From: a virus
Lineage: Duplodnaviria > Caudoviricetes
DNA length: 49,549 bases
Virus record (IMG/VR): IMGVR_UViG_3300033076_001226
Location: 1-49,549 of that record
Reading direction: 5' to 3' (one strand)
The position numbers were made by a program, and so were the translations under genes. The notes beneath the pieces are model-generated. The model did not search any database. It was not told the DNA's origin and was given only the letters and a program-made list of their open reading frames with translations. Positions 36,956 through 46,671 of the stretch are shown here, one piece after another (within the stretch, counting starts at the first letter, position 1; every line of letters begins with the position of its first letter).

Positions 36956-38008
36956 TTAGTTCGGGTATGTCGTCCCGGTCGCAATCACCCAGTTAGGACG
37001 ACGGTTGTAAGCGATGAAGTTGTAGGTGCAGTCGACGAACATTGCCGAGACTGTGTGCTGGCCTGGGTAGATTGGCACAAACGTCTCATGCAGCCACCAG
37101 TTCGTCAGGTAGAACGTCTTGAAGACGCCCCAATTCAGGCCGTACACGGGATTGGTGGTATCCCGTTCCAAGTACGGCACCCACATTACTGGCACACGCC
37201 GGAACATGACCTCGCCGTCGGTCTGGGCGATGTCGTTCCCCAGGTTGTCGTTCTGAGAAGTCAGGATTTCTTCCAGGGGTTGGAGAACCCCGTAGTTCGT
37301 GTACAGGCCATACGACTCGCCTGTGTCGAACGTCGGAATCCCGTCAACGGGTGGCACGAAGTGCGTGAACGTCGCCGCCCGCCGCATCCTGCGGATCAAG
37401 TCGGCGCTCGACACGACCGTGTACTGGTCGGTCCAGTTCTTCCAGGATGGATAGGTCGTCGGATTGAGCCCGATTGACGTGTACCCGGATGGGGCACCGC
37501 CGTTGAACCCCTGCGTGGCGTTCTTGACCACCCAGGTGTTGACACCCCACGGCGTCAATTGGTCGGTGATGGCGACTGGGGCACCCCAGAAGTTCGCCTC
37601 CATCAACTCGACCATCGAGATCATCGCGGCGATTCGCCGGGTCTGGATCAAGTTCACGATCCGGGCCGGCTCTTGGTTCATCTGCTGCTCACGGGCCTCG
37701 TAGGCATACGAGTACACCGTGTTACGCCAGTCGCATTGCGCCTGCGTCATCGTGTCGGGGATGTTGACCGTATCCGGAGCCGCCAGCCCCACGTTGGCCG
37801 CGGCGTTCGCCTGCCCCACCATCACGTCCCACTGAATCCCGACGCCCGACCCGAATTGCAGCTTGTTCTTCTGAAGCAGCGTTCGCATCGCCGTGTAATT
37901 TTGCAAGTTCGCGGCGATCTGCGTGAATCTCCCCCGCCCAAGCTCGCGGAGGGTTGTCTGGACCAAGTCACCGAAGTTCGTGGGGACTAACGCATTCGGA
38001 GGTGCCAT
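36956..38008 (-). CDS. Major capsid protein
   Basis: 350 aa following scaffold and portal; GVGIQWDV, IVNLIQTR, WKNWT, NDNLGNDI, MFRRVPVMW. Confidence 0.85.
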   Translation of the reverse strand: MAPPNALVPTNFGDLVQTTLRELGRGRFTQIAANLQNYTAMRTLLQKNKLQFGSGVGIQWDVMVGQANAAANVGLAAPDTVNIPDTMTQAQCDWRNTVYSYAYEAREQQMNQEPARIVNLIQTRRIAAMISMVELMEANFWGAPVAITDQLTPWGVNTWVVKNATQGFNGGAPSGYTSIGLNPTTYPSWKNWTDQYTVVSSADLIRRMRRAATFTHFVPPVDGIPTFDTGESYGLYTNYGVLQPLEEILTSQNDNLGNDIAQTDGEVMFRRVPVMWVPYLERDTTNPVYGLNWGVFKTFYLTNWWLHETFVPIYPGQHTVSAMFVDCTYNFIAYNRRPNWVIATGTTYPN

Positions 38009-38024
38009 TTCTCACTCCAAGGGG

Positions 38025-38990
38025 TTACTGAAGCAAAGCGGCGACGGCTGCCACGGCTCGCGACGTGGCCTCCTGGTCGCTGTCCTGTCCTTCGTCGCCG
38101 CCCCCCGTGCGGTGACTTGGGCGATTGAGGGCTCCCGCGTTCCACTGGTCGGTGGTGAACCGGCCGGTTGATGGATCACGAGGCCGTTCTTGCTGAACCG
38201 GCTGCGATTGCCCGGCCAAGTCGTATGCACCCCGGGCCTGTGGTGGGGTGGCCGACTGAGGCTGGACATTGAACAGCAGCTCGGCGTTCTGCCGAATTGC
38301 CGCGGTCAGTGCGTGGACATTCGGAACCTCCCCGGGCTTGAGCCCGATGCTTCGCAAAACGGCGATTCGCCGCTGCATTTGAGCTGGCTGAATGGTGGCT
38401 GCCGATCCCTGGCCAAAGTGGTTGGCCCATGCTGGCAACTGGGCAAAGGCCGCCTCGATTGCCGTGTCTGCCGTCAATTGTGCCGTCTGAACAACCCGGC
38501 CCCGGACATCGCCGAGGCCCTGGTCCAGTTCGCCCGCCTTTGCTCGCAGTCGCTTCACCTCGCCGAGCAGCACATCGAACGCCTTTTTGATTTGCGGGTC
38601 GGTGTCTTCGTGCAGGTCAAACGAGGGCTCCGGCTCCGGCGGGAGAGGGGGCGGCTGGATGGCCCTCGCCTGTTGTTGCTGCGGGTTTGGCACATTGTGC
38701 ACAGGTGACTTCAGTGCTCGCGCCGCCGCCCCCACCATCCGCCCAAGTTGGTCCGTTGGGACGTTCAAATCGGCGGGGTCAAAGCCGAGTTGTTCGGCCT
38801 GACGCACAAGCCAATCTGGATGGGCTGGAGTGGTGGGAGCGGACGGCGATTGTACCTGTGGTTGTGGCGGCTGGCCCGTGCCGCCCTCAACCACGGCCCT
38901 CGCCCCGGGGGGAGGCAGAGGTTCCACTGGCTCTGGTGCATCGTAACGGGCCGCCAGTTGTTCGGCTGTCATCGGTTGATCCTGGGCCAT
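38025..38990 (-). CDS. Capsid scaffolding protein
   Basis: P/Q-rich low-complexity helical protein directly upstream of the capsid gene; GGAG RBS. Confidence 0.65.
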   Translation of the reverse strand: MAQDQPMTAEQLAARYDAPEPVEPLPPPGARAVVEGGTGQPPQPQVQSPSAPTTPAHPDWLVRQAEQLGFDPADLNVPTDQLGRMVGAAARALKSPVHNVPNPQQQQARAIQPPPLPPEPEPSFDLHEDTDPQIKKAFDVLLGEVKRLRAKAGELDQGLGDVRGRVVQTAQLTADTAIEAAFAQLPAWANHFGQGSAATIQPAQMQRRIAVLRSIGLKPGEVPNVHALTAAIRQNAELLFNVQPQSATPPQARGAYDLAGQSQPVQQERPRDPSTGRFTTDQWNAGALNRPSHRTGGGDEGQDSDQEATSRAVAAVAALLQ

Positions 38991-39044
38991 GTTCGTCTCC
39001 ATCGGTTTCACTGAGTCTATGGCCGTCCTGGTACGACCACAACA

Positions 39045-39773
39045 CTATCGGGACACCACAAGGTACTCCAGAGAGACACTTCCGCCAACGGCTTGCGCCC
39101 AAAGCCCGGTGTCTCCGAGGGCTGGCGGGGCCGGGTGACCGGTGGACAAAGCTGGTAGCGGATCGGTCATGTCGTAGGTGGTTGTCGTAATCCCGGTCGC
39201 ATACTGACGCGGGTTCGTGAGGCTCGTCGAGGTGCAGTACAGGTTGTACGACGCGACTCCGAGCCCCAGGGCCGGGAAGGTTACCCGCGGGATGTTGGCG
39301 ACGTTGACCGTGAACGACGCCGACTGGGAGAAGCCCACCGCCGACTCGTTCCCATCGACATCCACCACGGTGTAAAAGGCCTGGTACGTCCCGCTTCCAA
39401 GACTCCCGCCCGAGGCACCGCCGCCCGTCGGGTCAACCGTTGCCGCAACGCCCGGGAAGGTGACGTTGTTCGGCAGGGGCAGGCAGGCAACCTCGCCGGC
39501 ATACAACCGGGCGAACGGCTGGGAGTGGAAGCCGAACCGCAGTTCCACGTAGTTCGAGGAGGAGCGGTTGCACACATAAGACCAGTGCGGCTGGGCCACT
39601 GATCCCATCGGAATTTTGGTCAGGCTCTCCAGCACCGTTGTCACGCCGTCGATCCACGAGTTGTTGCTCCAATCGAAAAGGCCGGGGGCTGCGTTACCCC
39701 GGCCGACAGGCATGGACATCGTGGTTTGGCGGTAGACCTGGAGAGCCAGGCTGACCGAGATTTCATCTGCCAT
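39045..39773 (-). CDS. Putative virion protein
   Basis: MADEISVSL...NYVEL...RLYAGE, with a central beta-sandwich-like segment. Confidence 0.6.
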   Translation of the reverse strand: MADEISVSLALQVYRQTTMSMPVGRGNAAPGLFDWSNNSWIDGVTTVLESLTKIPMGSVAQPHWSYVCNRSSSNYVELRFGFHSQPFARLYAGEVACLPLPNNVTFPGVAATVDPTGGGASGGSLGSGTYQAFYTVVDVDGNESAVGFSQSASFTVNVANIPRVTFPALGLGVASYNLYCTSTSLTNPRQYATGITTTTYDMTDPLPALSTGHPAPPALGDTGLWAQAVGGSVSLEYLVVSR

Positions 39774-40177
39774 CAGTCGTACTCCCGGATGATTGGCTTG
39801 ATGTTGGGCTGGGCATCCCCATACCCCGCATTCCGGTCATGGAACCCATACGCCTTACAGTAAGCTTTTCTGTGGCCGCGGGTCCGCAAGATCGGCCGGC
39901 CGGATGGCGTGAAATCGGTCGGCACACCCCGGGCTGCGGCACTCTTGCGGGCCTCCTCGATCTGGCTGGGGTGAACGGCCAGGGCCTCAGATTTCATCGG
40001 CCACACACTGGTCGACACAGACCCAAAGTACACATTCCCCACCTTCTTCGCGGCGGGGAAGTGTTTCCGGTACACGGCTTTTGTGACCACCTTGCCGTCG
40101 ATCCGGTACTCGTCGTACTCGACAAAATCCCCGGTCTTCGGGTTGAGCCGCCGCTTGCTCACAATCTCGCCTTTCAT
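39773..40177 (-). CDS. Hypothetical protein downstream of the portal
   Basis: WPMKSEALAVHPSQIEE...GRPI...HRKAY; coupled. Confidence 0.7.
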   Translation of the reverse strand: MKGEIVSKRRLNPKTGDFVEYDEYRIDGKVVTKAVYRKHFPAAKKVGNVYFGSVSTSVWPMKSEALAVHPSQIEEARKSAAARGVPTDFTPSGRPILRTRGHRKAYCKAYGFHDRNAGYGDAQPNIKPIIREYD

Positions 40178-42015
40178 GCCCTTGCCCTCATTTGGTTGGC
40201 CGGAAAGTTCACACCGGATGAACTCGGGTCGCCGCCCTTGTCCATGCCCATCAGTCGCTCCATCCCATCGTTCACCTCGCCCGCCCCGGTCCGGCCAGAC
40301 CGGTTTTCGCGGATGTAGGTGCGTGTGGTTTGGGGCGACATGGCGCTTTGTGCCTCCGCCCCTTCCTCGCCGCCCCCAGGTGCCAGTTGCGGGGGCTCGC
40401 CGAGCCGCAGAATCTCGTTCAGGTTCGGGATGTTCAGGTACTTGGCAATCCGAGACAGGAACTCCTGGACATCGAACTCCACACCTTGCTGCTGGAGGAT
40501 CGGAAGCATCGGCACCACGATCTGGGTGACGATCTTAATGATCGAGTCCATCTGTTCGCTGGGCGTCGAGTGACGCAGCGAGTACGGGTCTACCGCCAAG
40601 TCGAGCCGTTCGAACGGCATCGTGCGGGCCTGGGGCGGCACACTGTACAGCGAGGACACGTCTTGCACACCCGGCACGGTGAACTCTGCCTGGATCACGT
40701 TGGTCGGGTGGTTCCACCAGTACCACACAAGCGACTTGAGGACGTTCGACGTGAAGTTCACGACGGTGTCCTGCATGTCCTGGATACCGCGGTTGGAGTT
40801 GGTGGCGAGAAGTTGTTCCTGGCTGGCCGTCTTGGCCTGGGGCGATAAGCCGCCCATCGCGTCCAAGTTGCCTGCGGCCCATGAGAACATTTGCTGGAAG
40901 CCCTGCATCACCTGATACAAGGCCGGGTCTGGGCCGCCGAACTTGAGCACCATCGTCGAGGCTGGGTTCTGGACCGAGATGATTTCCCCATCGTTCGCCC
41001 TCATCACCCGATCGCCGTCGTCGGTCTGCCCCTGAACGAGGGTTACTTCCTTCTGCCGTGCTGCCTGGCGGATGATCTTCCGCAGGCAGTTGTTCACCGC
41101 ATTGTGCAGGTCCACAAGGTTCATGATCGGAGCGATCGGCATGATGTTGCCGGGAACAATGTCGTAGCCGAGGACGTGATAAGGGCCGGTGTGTGGCCCG
41201 ACCCACTCTTGTACCCGAAGGGGCTGTTGCCCGGCATAGTCGTCGGCACCGCCCCACCCGCCGTTTACTTGATCGGCCGCCAGGGTGATGACCGTCTTGT
41301 ACCCCGGCAGGTAGATTTCCCACAACTCGACGTGAGGGATGAACTCCTGGGTGCCCGAGATGGTGGTCCGGCCAAACGTGTTGACCCTCTCATCGCCTTC
41401 CGGGTTGTACAGTTGGGCCGGCGACTCGGAGAGCTTCTTCCGGAACCGCGAGTACAGCTTCGAGTCGCGAATCGATTCAAGCGGAACCCGGATGCGATGG
41501 CCGATGAATGAGACCTTGTCAAACCGCTGGGCGTGCAAATCGAACACGAAGTCGTCGAAGTCCACCACTTCCACGAATGGCTGGCCGGCACTCATCCCCC
41601 AACCGTAACTGGCGGAGTCTGCCGGGGTGGCCAGTGCGACCTTGGCAATGCCGAGGGTGAACAGGCTGTCGAGCGTGACTCGCTTCAGGGTCTCCGCCAC
41701 GTTGGTCTTGATGATTTCCTGATTGGCCCACAACTCCATTGCCGCCACGACGCCTTTCGACGTTTTGTCGAACGTCGACATCATGACCCGCGGGTTGTGG
41801 CTGACGAGGTTCCTGACCACGATCTGACAGTACAGCTTCAGCAGGTTGAGCGGCTGGGGCTGAATGGTGGTGGCCGCATCCTGAGACCACCGCGGCCCGG
41901 TGTAAAGTTGGATGGCCGTCAGGCGGTTGATCCGGTACTCCCGCAGTGCCAGCCGGGCAGTCGCAATCGACTGGCAGAGTCGCGGGATGTCGATGTCGTG
42001 GTCGCGGATTCTCAT
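40174..42015 (-). CDS. Portal protein
   Basis: About 613 aa directly after terminase; FDDFVFD, VELWEIYLP, GPYHVL, KTASQEQLL. Confidence 0.85.
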   Translation of the reverse strand: MRIRDHDIDIPRLCQSIATARLALREYRINRLTAIQLYTGPRWSQDAATTIQPQPLNLLKLYCQIVVRNLVSHNPRVMMSTFDKTSKGVVAAMELWANQEIIKTNVAETLKRVTLDSLFTLGIAKVALATPADSASYGWGMSAGQPFVEVVDFDDFVFDLHAQRFDKVSFIGHRIRVPLESIRDSKLYSRFRKKLSESPAQLYNPEGDERVNTFGRTTISGTQEFIPHVELWEIYLPGYKTVITLAADQVNGGWGGADDYAGQQPLRVQEWVGPHTGPYHVLGYDIVPGNIMPIAPIMNLVDLHNAVNNCLRKIIRQAARQKEVTLVQGQTDDGDRVMRANDGEIISVQNPASTMVLKFGGPDPALYQVMQGFQQMFSWAAGNLDAMGGLSPQAKTASQEQLLATNSNRGIQDMQDTVVNFTSNVLKSLVWYWWNHPTNVIQAEFTVPGVQDVSSLYSVPPQARTMPFERLDLAVDPYSLRHSTPSEQMDSIIKIVTQIVVPMLPILQQQGVEFDVQEFLSRIAKYLNIPNLNEILRLGEPPQLAPGGGEEGAEAQSAMSPQTTRTYIRENRSGRTGAGEVNDGMERLMGMDKGGDPSSSGVNFPANQMRARA

Positions 42016-43853
42016 ACCCACTCCTCGTAAAGCCGTCGCCGGTAATCGGCTTCGGCTGCCAGTTGATGCCGCCAGGCCAGAGAGCCGATCTTCACGTCTT
42101 CCTTGGCATCCACAAAGTTGGCAAGGCCCGATGAGACTTGCACCGCCATCTTCCACGCAAGCGCATCGGCGATAACCAGGTCGGCGTGATTGATCCCGCC
42201 GCCCGACGGGTCGTTGTTGGTGGCCTTCCTCGTCGCCTCCACCTCGCCCCTTGGACCATATGCGAACGAGAGGCAGTCTTCGAGGGCCTGGCGGGACGGG
42301 TTGAGCAGTTTACCAGTCTGAATCGCCTGCCGGTATTCTTCGAGTAGCACCCGCTTCGAAGCATCTGTCGGCATAAACCCCGGCCGGGTTGCGGTCGATA
42401 TGGCGATCCCATCCTCCACCGTGCGGAACATGATGTTCTGGTAGCCGAGGGCGAGTACCCGCTTTCCGAAGAGACTCCCCACACCGCCCGCGTGCTCCCA
42501 GGTCAGTTTGGCCGGGATGTTGTCCATCGACCGGAACAACCGGCACAATGCGACCACGAAGTTGGCGAAATCGCCGGGGTCAATGTTGGCGTCGGCGTAT
42601 TCGAGCACCTTGGACCGCGAACTGGCGTCGATGATCGAGAGGCAGGAGGGTGTGGCCCCGGTGCCCGCCGAAATGTCGCACCCGGCCCCATACAGAGACA
42701 CCGGTGCATGGCCGTTGCCAACCGGCAGAATCCACATCTTGATCCGGCCGGATCGGTCCGTGACGAGGCCCCGGGGGATGCCCTTTTCCTTGTCGTAGTC
42801 CAAATTGCCAGTCCAGAGCGGTTCCTGGCTGTGCCGCTGAAGTTTGCGAATCTCGATTGCCGAGAAGAACTGGCTTGTTGACCCTTGTGGGTTGATGTCG
42901 AGGTCCATCGCCACATCGCGGGCACTCGCCCGACGAATGCACTCCGCGTCGTACCACGGCGACCGCAAGCCTGGGTATGGCCCGCCAGTCGGCGAGCCGT
43001 CCATCACGAACCGGAATTCCTCGGGGTACTGGTAGCTCTTGTCATGCACTACCACCCGGTTGGTTTCCTGATCGTAGTGATATGCCCCCTTCCCCTTGTC
43101 CGGGTGCATGCTCCAGTGGAGAACCACCTTCTCCATGTCCACCCGCTGGGAAATTTGGTAGGCCGCGGTCTGCATCCCGATGTGCGTGAAGTTGAAGATT
43201 CGGCAGCCAGTTGTATCGGCCGTGCGACCGAGAATCTGGAAGTCCTCGGCGATCTGCGAGAACTCGTCGACGAACATCGCCGTGCATCGACCACCGACGC
43301 CCGCTTTCCCCGTTGACGCCTGGCCGGTGATTGATGACGTGCCACAGGTGATGACGAACTTGGACCGGTCGATTTGTGGGAACAGCCACTTCGGCTGGTA
43401 GCGACTGATGAAGTCGAGTTTCCAGAACAGGCTGTCGGAGTCGCCGGGCTTGTCCACCGCATCGGCGTTACGGGACACACACAGAAACTTTTTCCCATCG
43501 TGGAACTTGATGAACCAATCCATGACGATGAGGAACAGCCAGGACGCCCCCATCTCCCGGCTCTTCTCGACCGCCAAGTCCCGCTGTCGCTCAATGCACG
43601 ACAGGATCTTGCGAACGGCATCTTCCTGTGCCGGCCATGTGATGAACGGCCCGATCTCACGACCGTTGACCCGCGGGTTGTACTGGAAAACGAAGGTGTT
43701 GATGTAAAAGAGGAGGTCTTCCCGGCAGACGCGGATCAAGTCTTTCCGCAGCCGGGCGTCCTTCGACGATTGCTGGATCACAAAACGACGAAACCTCAGA
43801 TTGTCTCTGAGGTTTCTGGGAACCTGTTTGTGCCACTCTCCAGGGCTAAACAT
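42012..43853 (-). CDS. terL: Terminase large subunit
   Basis: PFITWPAQ, EKSREMGASW (Walker A variant), MFVDEF (Walker B), GCDIS and HADLVIADALA (nuclease). Confidence 0.92.
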   Translation of the reverse strand: MFSPGEWHKQVPRNLRDNLRFRRFVIQQSSKDARLRKDLIRVCREDLLFYINTFVFQYNPRVNGREIGPFITWPAQEDAVRKILSCIERQRDLAVEKSREMGASWLFLIVMDWFIKFHDGKKFLCVSRNADAVDKPGDSDSLFWKLDFISRYQPKWLFPQIDRSKFVITCGTSSITGQASTGKAGVGGRCTAMFVDEFSQIAEDFQILGRTADTTGCRIFNFTHIGMQTAAYQISQRVDMEKVVLHWSMHPDKGKGAYHYDQETNRVVVHDKSYQYPEEFRFVMDGSPTGGPYPGLRSPWYDAECIRRASARDVAMDLDINPQGSTSQFFSAIEIRKLQRHSQEPLWTGNLDYDKEKGIPRGLVTDRSGRIKMWILPVGNGHAPVSLYGAGCDISAGTGATPSCLSIIDASSRSKVLEYADANIDPGDFANFVVALCRLFRSMDNIPAKLTWEHAGGVGSLFGKRVLALGYQNIMFRTVEDGIAISTATRPGFMPTDASKRVLLEEYRQAIQTGKLLNPSRQALEDCLSFAYGPRGEVEATRKATNNDPSGGGINHADLVIADALAWKMAVQVSSGLANFVDAKEDVKIGSLAWRHQLAAEADYRRRLYEEWV

Positions 43854-43859
43854 GGGGCC

Positions 43860-44063
43860 TCACCGACGCAAAGGACACACACCGTTCACGCAGCCGGATT
43901 GCACAACCGGCCCGCTCGACACACCCAGTGTACCGCAACTTCCCACCGTGCAACCGAACGTCGGCTGGCAAGGTTTGCACAATGTGCAACGGCGTCGGCC
44001 GAAGGCACTCGCCTCACTCGAAATGCCCAGGATCGAGACCAGGACCAAGAGTAGCAGTCGCAT
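43860..44063 (-). CDS. Small secreted Cys-rich protein
   Basis: AAGGAG RBS; signal peptide ending ASA; C-terminal CVNGVCP. Confidence 0.6.
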   Translation of the reverse strand: MRLLLLVLVSILGISSEASAFGRRRCTLCKPCQPTFGCTVGSCGTLGVSSGPVVQSGCVNGVCPLRR

Positions 44064-44073
44064 CGTCTTCTCC

Positions 44074-44424
44074 TTAAATCGCCCGTGCATGCGGGCCTTC
44101 TGGAATCGGGTCGGTTGCTCCAACAACCGGCACCCCCCACACGACCGCGTTTCGGCCAGTCGTGCCAAGAGCCTCGTCAAAGTACAGGATCGCCGGCCCG
44201 AGGTCAGGGTCAATCCGGTGAATGACGGCCGCGACCGTGTTCGTGCCGTCAAAGTACCGGAGCCGGTCTCCCACTTGCGGAGACACGTTTGCCGCCAGAA
44301 CGCCGGTGTAGACCGTGTCGGTCGGCTTGTCATACCCCAGGGGGCCTGAGTTCGTCAGGTTCACCTTGGTCGTCGCCGGCCAGCCACCGCCGCCCTCGGG
44401 GGGCGGACCAATCTCGTCAGGCAT
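44074..44424 (-). CDS. Hypothetical protein
   Basis: GAGG RBS; divergent from 44471. Confidence 0.6.
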   Translation of the reverse strand: MPDEIGPPPEGGGGWPATTKVNLTNSGPLGYDKPTDTVYTGVLAANVSPQVGDRLRYFDGTNTVAAVIHRIDPDLGPAILYFDEALGTTGRNAVVWGVPVVGATDPIPEGPHARAI

Positions 44425-44470
44425 TGCACCTCTCCGTTAGAATGAGGGCTCCCAAAAGGAGCCAGATGCG

Positions 44471-44845
44471 ATGAAAAAAATCCTTCTTGCCGTGGCCGCT
44501 GCGATTGTCTTCGGCGTGTCCTGCCACATGAGCGTTGGCAGGCAGGTTGCTCCGGCTGACTTGGTCGCCAGCCCGGAGAGGTACATCGGATCCGCCATCC
44601 AGTTCGAGGCGGCAGAGGGAACCTGGACCATCCGAGACGGCCAGTTCCGGTTTGGCCAGTCGGTGCCCGGGATGCCCGCCCTCATCACCGGCGACCTGGC
44701 GAGCGGCACAACACCGAGTACAACCGGCCGGGCTCTTGTGATGGGACAGGTCGCCGGTCGGGTCAGTGACGGGCGGGATCGGGGTCAGGGAATCACGCAT
44801 GGCGTTCACCTTGTTGATTGTCGTGTTCTCCGGGTCATTCCTTAG
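44471..44845 (+). CDS. Exported protein or lipoprotein encoded antisense to the late operon
   Basis: AAGGAG RBS; TAGAAT at 44438-44443; signal peptide with VSC; paralogue of 49153-49521. Confidence 0.7.
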   Translation: MKKILLAVAAAIVFGVSCHMSVGRQVAPADLVASPERYIGSAIQFEAAEGTWTIRDGQFRFGQSVPGMPALITGDLASGTTPSTTGRALVMGQVAGRVSDGRDRGQGITHGVHLVDCRVLRVIP

Positions 44846-45074
44846 ACTCCTTTGTGCCTCCTTCCTCCTTCCGGTAATTGCTACACCCGCCGTGATTCTT
44901 GGCGATGTCGATTAACTCCTGGATGAGCAGGTTGGTCAACTTGTCCCTCCTCGCCTGGGCCTTCGCCCATGACCGGTAAATGAAACCGGCTGCCCCCGAC
45001 AAGATCGTGGCAGCCGTTCCAAGCCCGCCAACAAGAGCAGTAGCGGGCACATTAATCACCACATTCTCCATCAT
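44835..45074 (-). CDS. Single-TM membrane protein (holin-like candidate)
   Basis: One hydrophobic helix followed by a charged helical tail. Confidence 0.5.
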   Translation of the reverse strand: MMENVVINVPATALVGGLGTAATILSGAAGFIYRSWAKAQARRDKLTNLLIQELIDIAKNHGGCSNYRKEEGGTKESKE

Positions 45075-45283
45075 CCCCTCCCAGGGTCAGGAATCCGGAA
45101 TCCTGGCGGAGCCACAGCGATGCCCGGTTCCGGTGCCGGAGCGAGTTTGGCCCGCAAGTCTACCAGGGCCACATTTATCATGCCCTCCAGAATGAAGCGG
45201 TTGAGGTTCCCCTGGGCCTGACAGATGACACGCCCATCGGGCGTCAACCCGATCATAATCTGGGTCTGCACTTCCACGCTCAT
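45071..45283 (-). CDS. Hypothetical protein
   Basis: GGGGA RBS; coupled. Confidence 0.6.
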   Translation of the reverse strand: MSVEVQTQIMIGLTPDGRVICQAQGNLNRFILEGMINVALVDLRAKLAPAPEPGIAVAPPGFRIPDPGRG

Positions 45284-45317
45284 CGCATCCCCCGGAAATG
45301 GTCTGGGTAGTACGGAA

Positions 45318-45641
45318 TTACCGTACCCCCCGGAAAAAGGAAAGGATTGTCTGAAGCGGACTCCTCGGGCCAGCGACCGGCTCCACGCCAGGTCGGTCTT
45401 CATACACCGGCGGTTTGGGATACCGCCTGCGATACTCGGCTCGCCGCTCCTCCGCCACTGCTTCATCCCGCTCCCGTCGCAGCCGTTTGGCAATTTGTGC
45501 CGCGTGGCACATGAGTTTCCCGGCACTGGCGTCGGGATACTGGGCCTCCGCCTCACTCACCGCCTTGCCGAACAGACTCAGCTCCAGCTCATGAATCCGG
45601 TCAACGCCCCGTGCTCGCCGCAACCTGTTTCGCACGCTCAT
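45318..45641 (-). CDS. Hypothetical basic protein
   Basis: GGGGAA RBS. Confidence 0.55.
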   Translation of the reverse strand: MSVRNRLRRARGVDRIHELELSLFGKAVSEAEAQYPDASAGKLMCHAAQIAKRLRRERDEAVAEERRAEYRRRYPKPPVYEDRPGVEPVAGPRSPLQTILSFFRGVR

Positions 45642-45834
45642 CGACTTCCCCCGGTTTGAGTTCTTGGACCACCGCACACAGGAGCACTCTCAGCCGATCA
45701 TATGGCCACATCGTCCTTGCCCACCGCAGGGCCGCCTCCACCCTGTCCTCCTCGCCATGCCACACCGCTTCCCACATGAGACTGCCACTCTCCGACCACC
45801 GCTCAATCACCGACACCACCGGCATATCAGGCAT
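45601..45834 (-). CDS. Hypothetical protein
   Basis: GGAGG RBS. Confidence 0.5.
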   Translation of the reverse strand: MPDMPVVSVIERWSESGSLMWEAVWHGEEDRVEAALRWARTMWPYDRLRVLLCAVVQELKPGEVDERAKQVAASTGR

Positions 45835-46129
45835 CGGCCTCCGCTCCCTTCTTCCCAACAAACTGCCTGAGCAGCTTGCTCACCAACTCCCCGACAAGAG
45901 CCGCCCCCTCGTCGTCGATCACACCACTGCCCGGCTTGGCGGCCGCCTTCTTCGCCTTGTGCTGACTCTCCAGTTCGAGCAGTTGCTCAATGAACCGGGC
46001 CGGCGACGACTTCAGAAGTGCCCGAGCCGGGGCATGCCTCGGCTGATCCTCGGTCTCCGGATTCTTGTACACATGCCGGAAGTCCATCAGCATCACCGCC
46101 GGATTTGGCACCCCCTTCGGCCTGACCAT
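45827..46129 (-). CDS. Small helical protein, possible terminase small subunit
   Basis: GGAGG RBS; helical; about 2 kb upstream of terL; function inferred from position only. Confidence 0.35.
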   Translation of the reverse strand: MVRPKGVPNPAVMLMDFRHVYKNPETEDQPRHAPARALLKSSPARFIEQLLELESQHKAKKAAAKPGSGVIDDEGAALVGELVSKLLRQFVGKKGAEADA

Positions 46130-46206
46130 GACTGCCTCCAAAAAGACTGGCACCGCCCCACAAGGGAGCGGTGCCGGGACTCCTCCCACATCATGGTGGG
46201 CGAGCA

Positions 46207-46671
46207 TCAATCCCCACTGCCTCCCGGCAGGATGGGGTTTGTTCCCCAGCCGCTTGTGCTGCATGTCGCCGAGGCAATCACCGTGTTGTTGGCGTCCCGG
46301 ATTGCCGACACCGTGAACACATTCGGCGGATCATTCAGGGCGAGCGACCAGCCCCAGGCAGACGCCGGCTCAACCGGGTAGTAGAAGTACGCGGTTCCAA
46401 ACGAATTCGCTGCCACACTCACCGCACCCGGAGACATCCCCGCCTCATCCGGAAACACGATGTTGCACGTCAACGTGCCACCGGTGCCCGCCGTCTCCCA
46501 CCCAACATTGCACCAGTACACATACCGGTCACCCGCCCAGAAATACCCGCCCTCCGATGTGTAACAGTCAGGGGCAACGAGCGGAGCCGCCACACACGCA
46601 TTCGCCGGCACACCCGCCAACGATCCCAGCGATACCACCGCCAGCAACACCGCACACACAGTCGCTTTCAT
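46207..46671 (-). CDS. Secreted protein
   Basis: N-terminal signal peptide; beta-rich with several Cys. Confidence 0.65.
   Translation of the reverse strand: MKATVCAVLLAVVSLGSLAGVPANACVAAPLVAPDCYTSEGGYFWAGDRYVYWCNVGWETAGTGGTLTCNIVFPDEAGMSPGAVSVAANSFGTAYFYYPVEPASAWGWSLALNDPPNVFTVSAIRDANNTVIASATCSTSGWGTNPILPGGSGD

Larger units (their letters stand above)
907..43987. promoter_or_regulatory. Dispersed palindromic motif family GCACAWTGTGC (putative protein-binding sites; span gives first to last perfect copy)
   Basis: Perfect copies start at 907, 2834, 4812, 5831, 8628, 12158, 14706, 15366, 23745, 30544, 33145, 35471, 38690, 43977; GCACTTTGTGC at 7657, 21830, 22280, 28884; other one-mismatch copies at 1510 and 18167. 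Confidence 0.85.

Noticed and set aside
907-43987. Palindromes as restriction or methylation sites (they contain CACNNNGTG)
   Set aside because: Conservation extends to 11-15 bp including the spacer; the sites are enriched rather than avoided; no methyltransferase recognised
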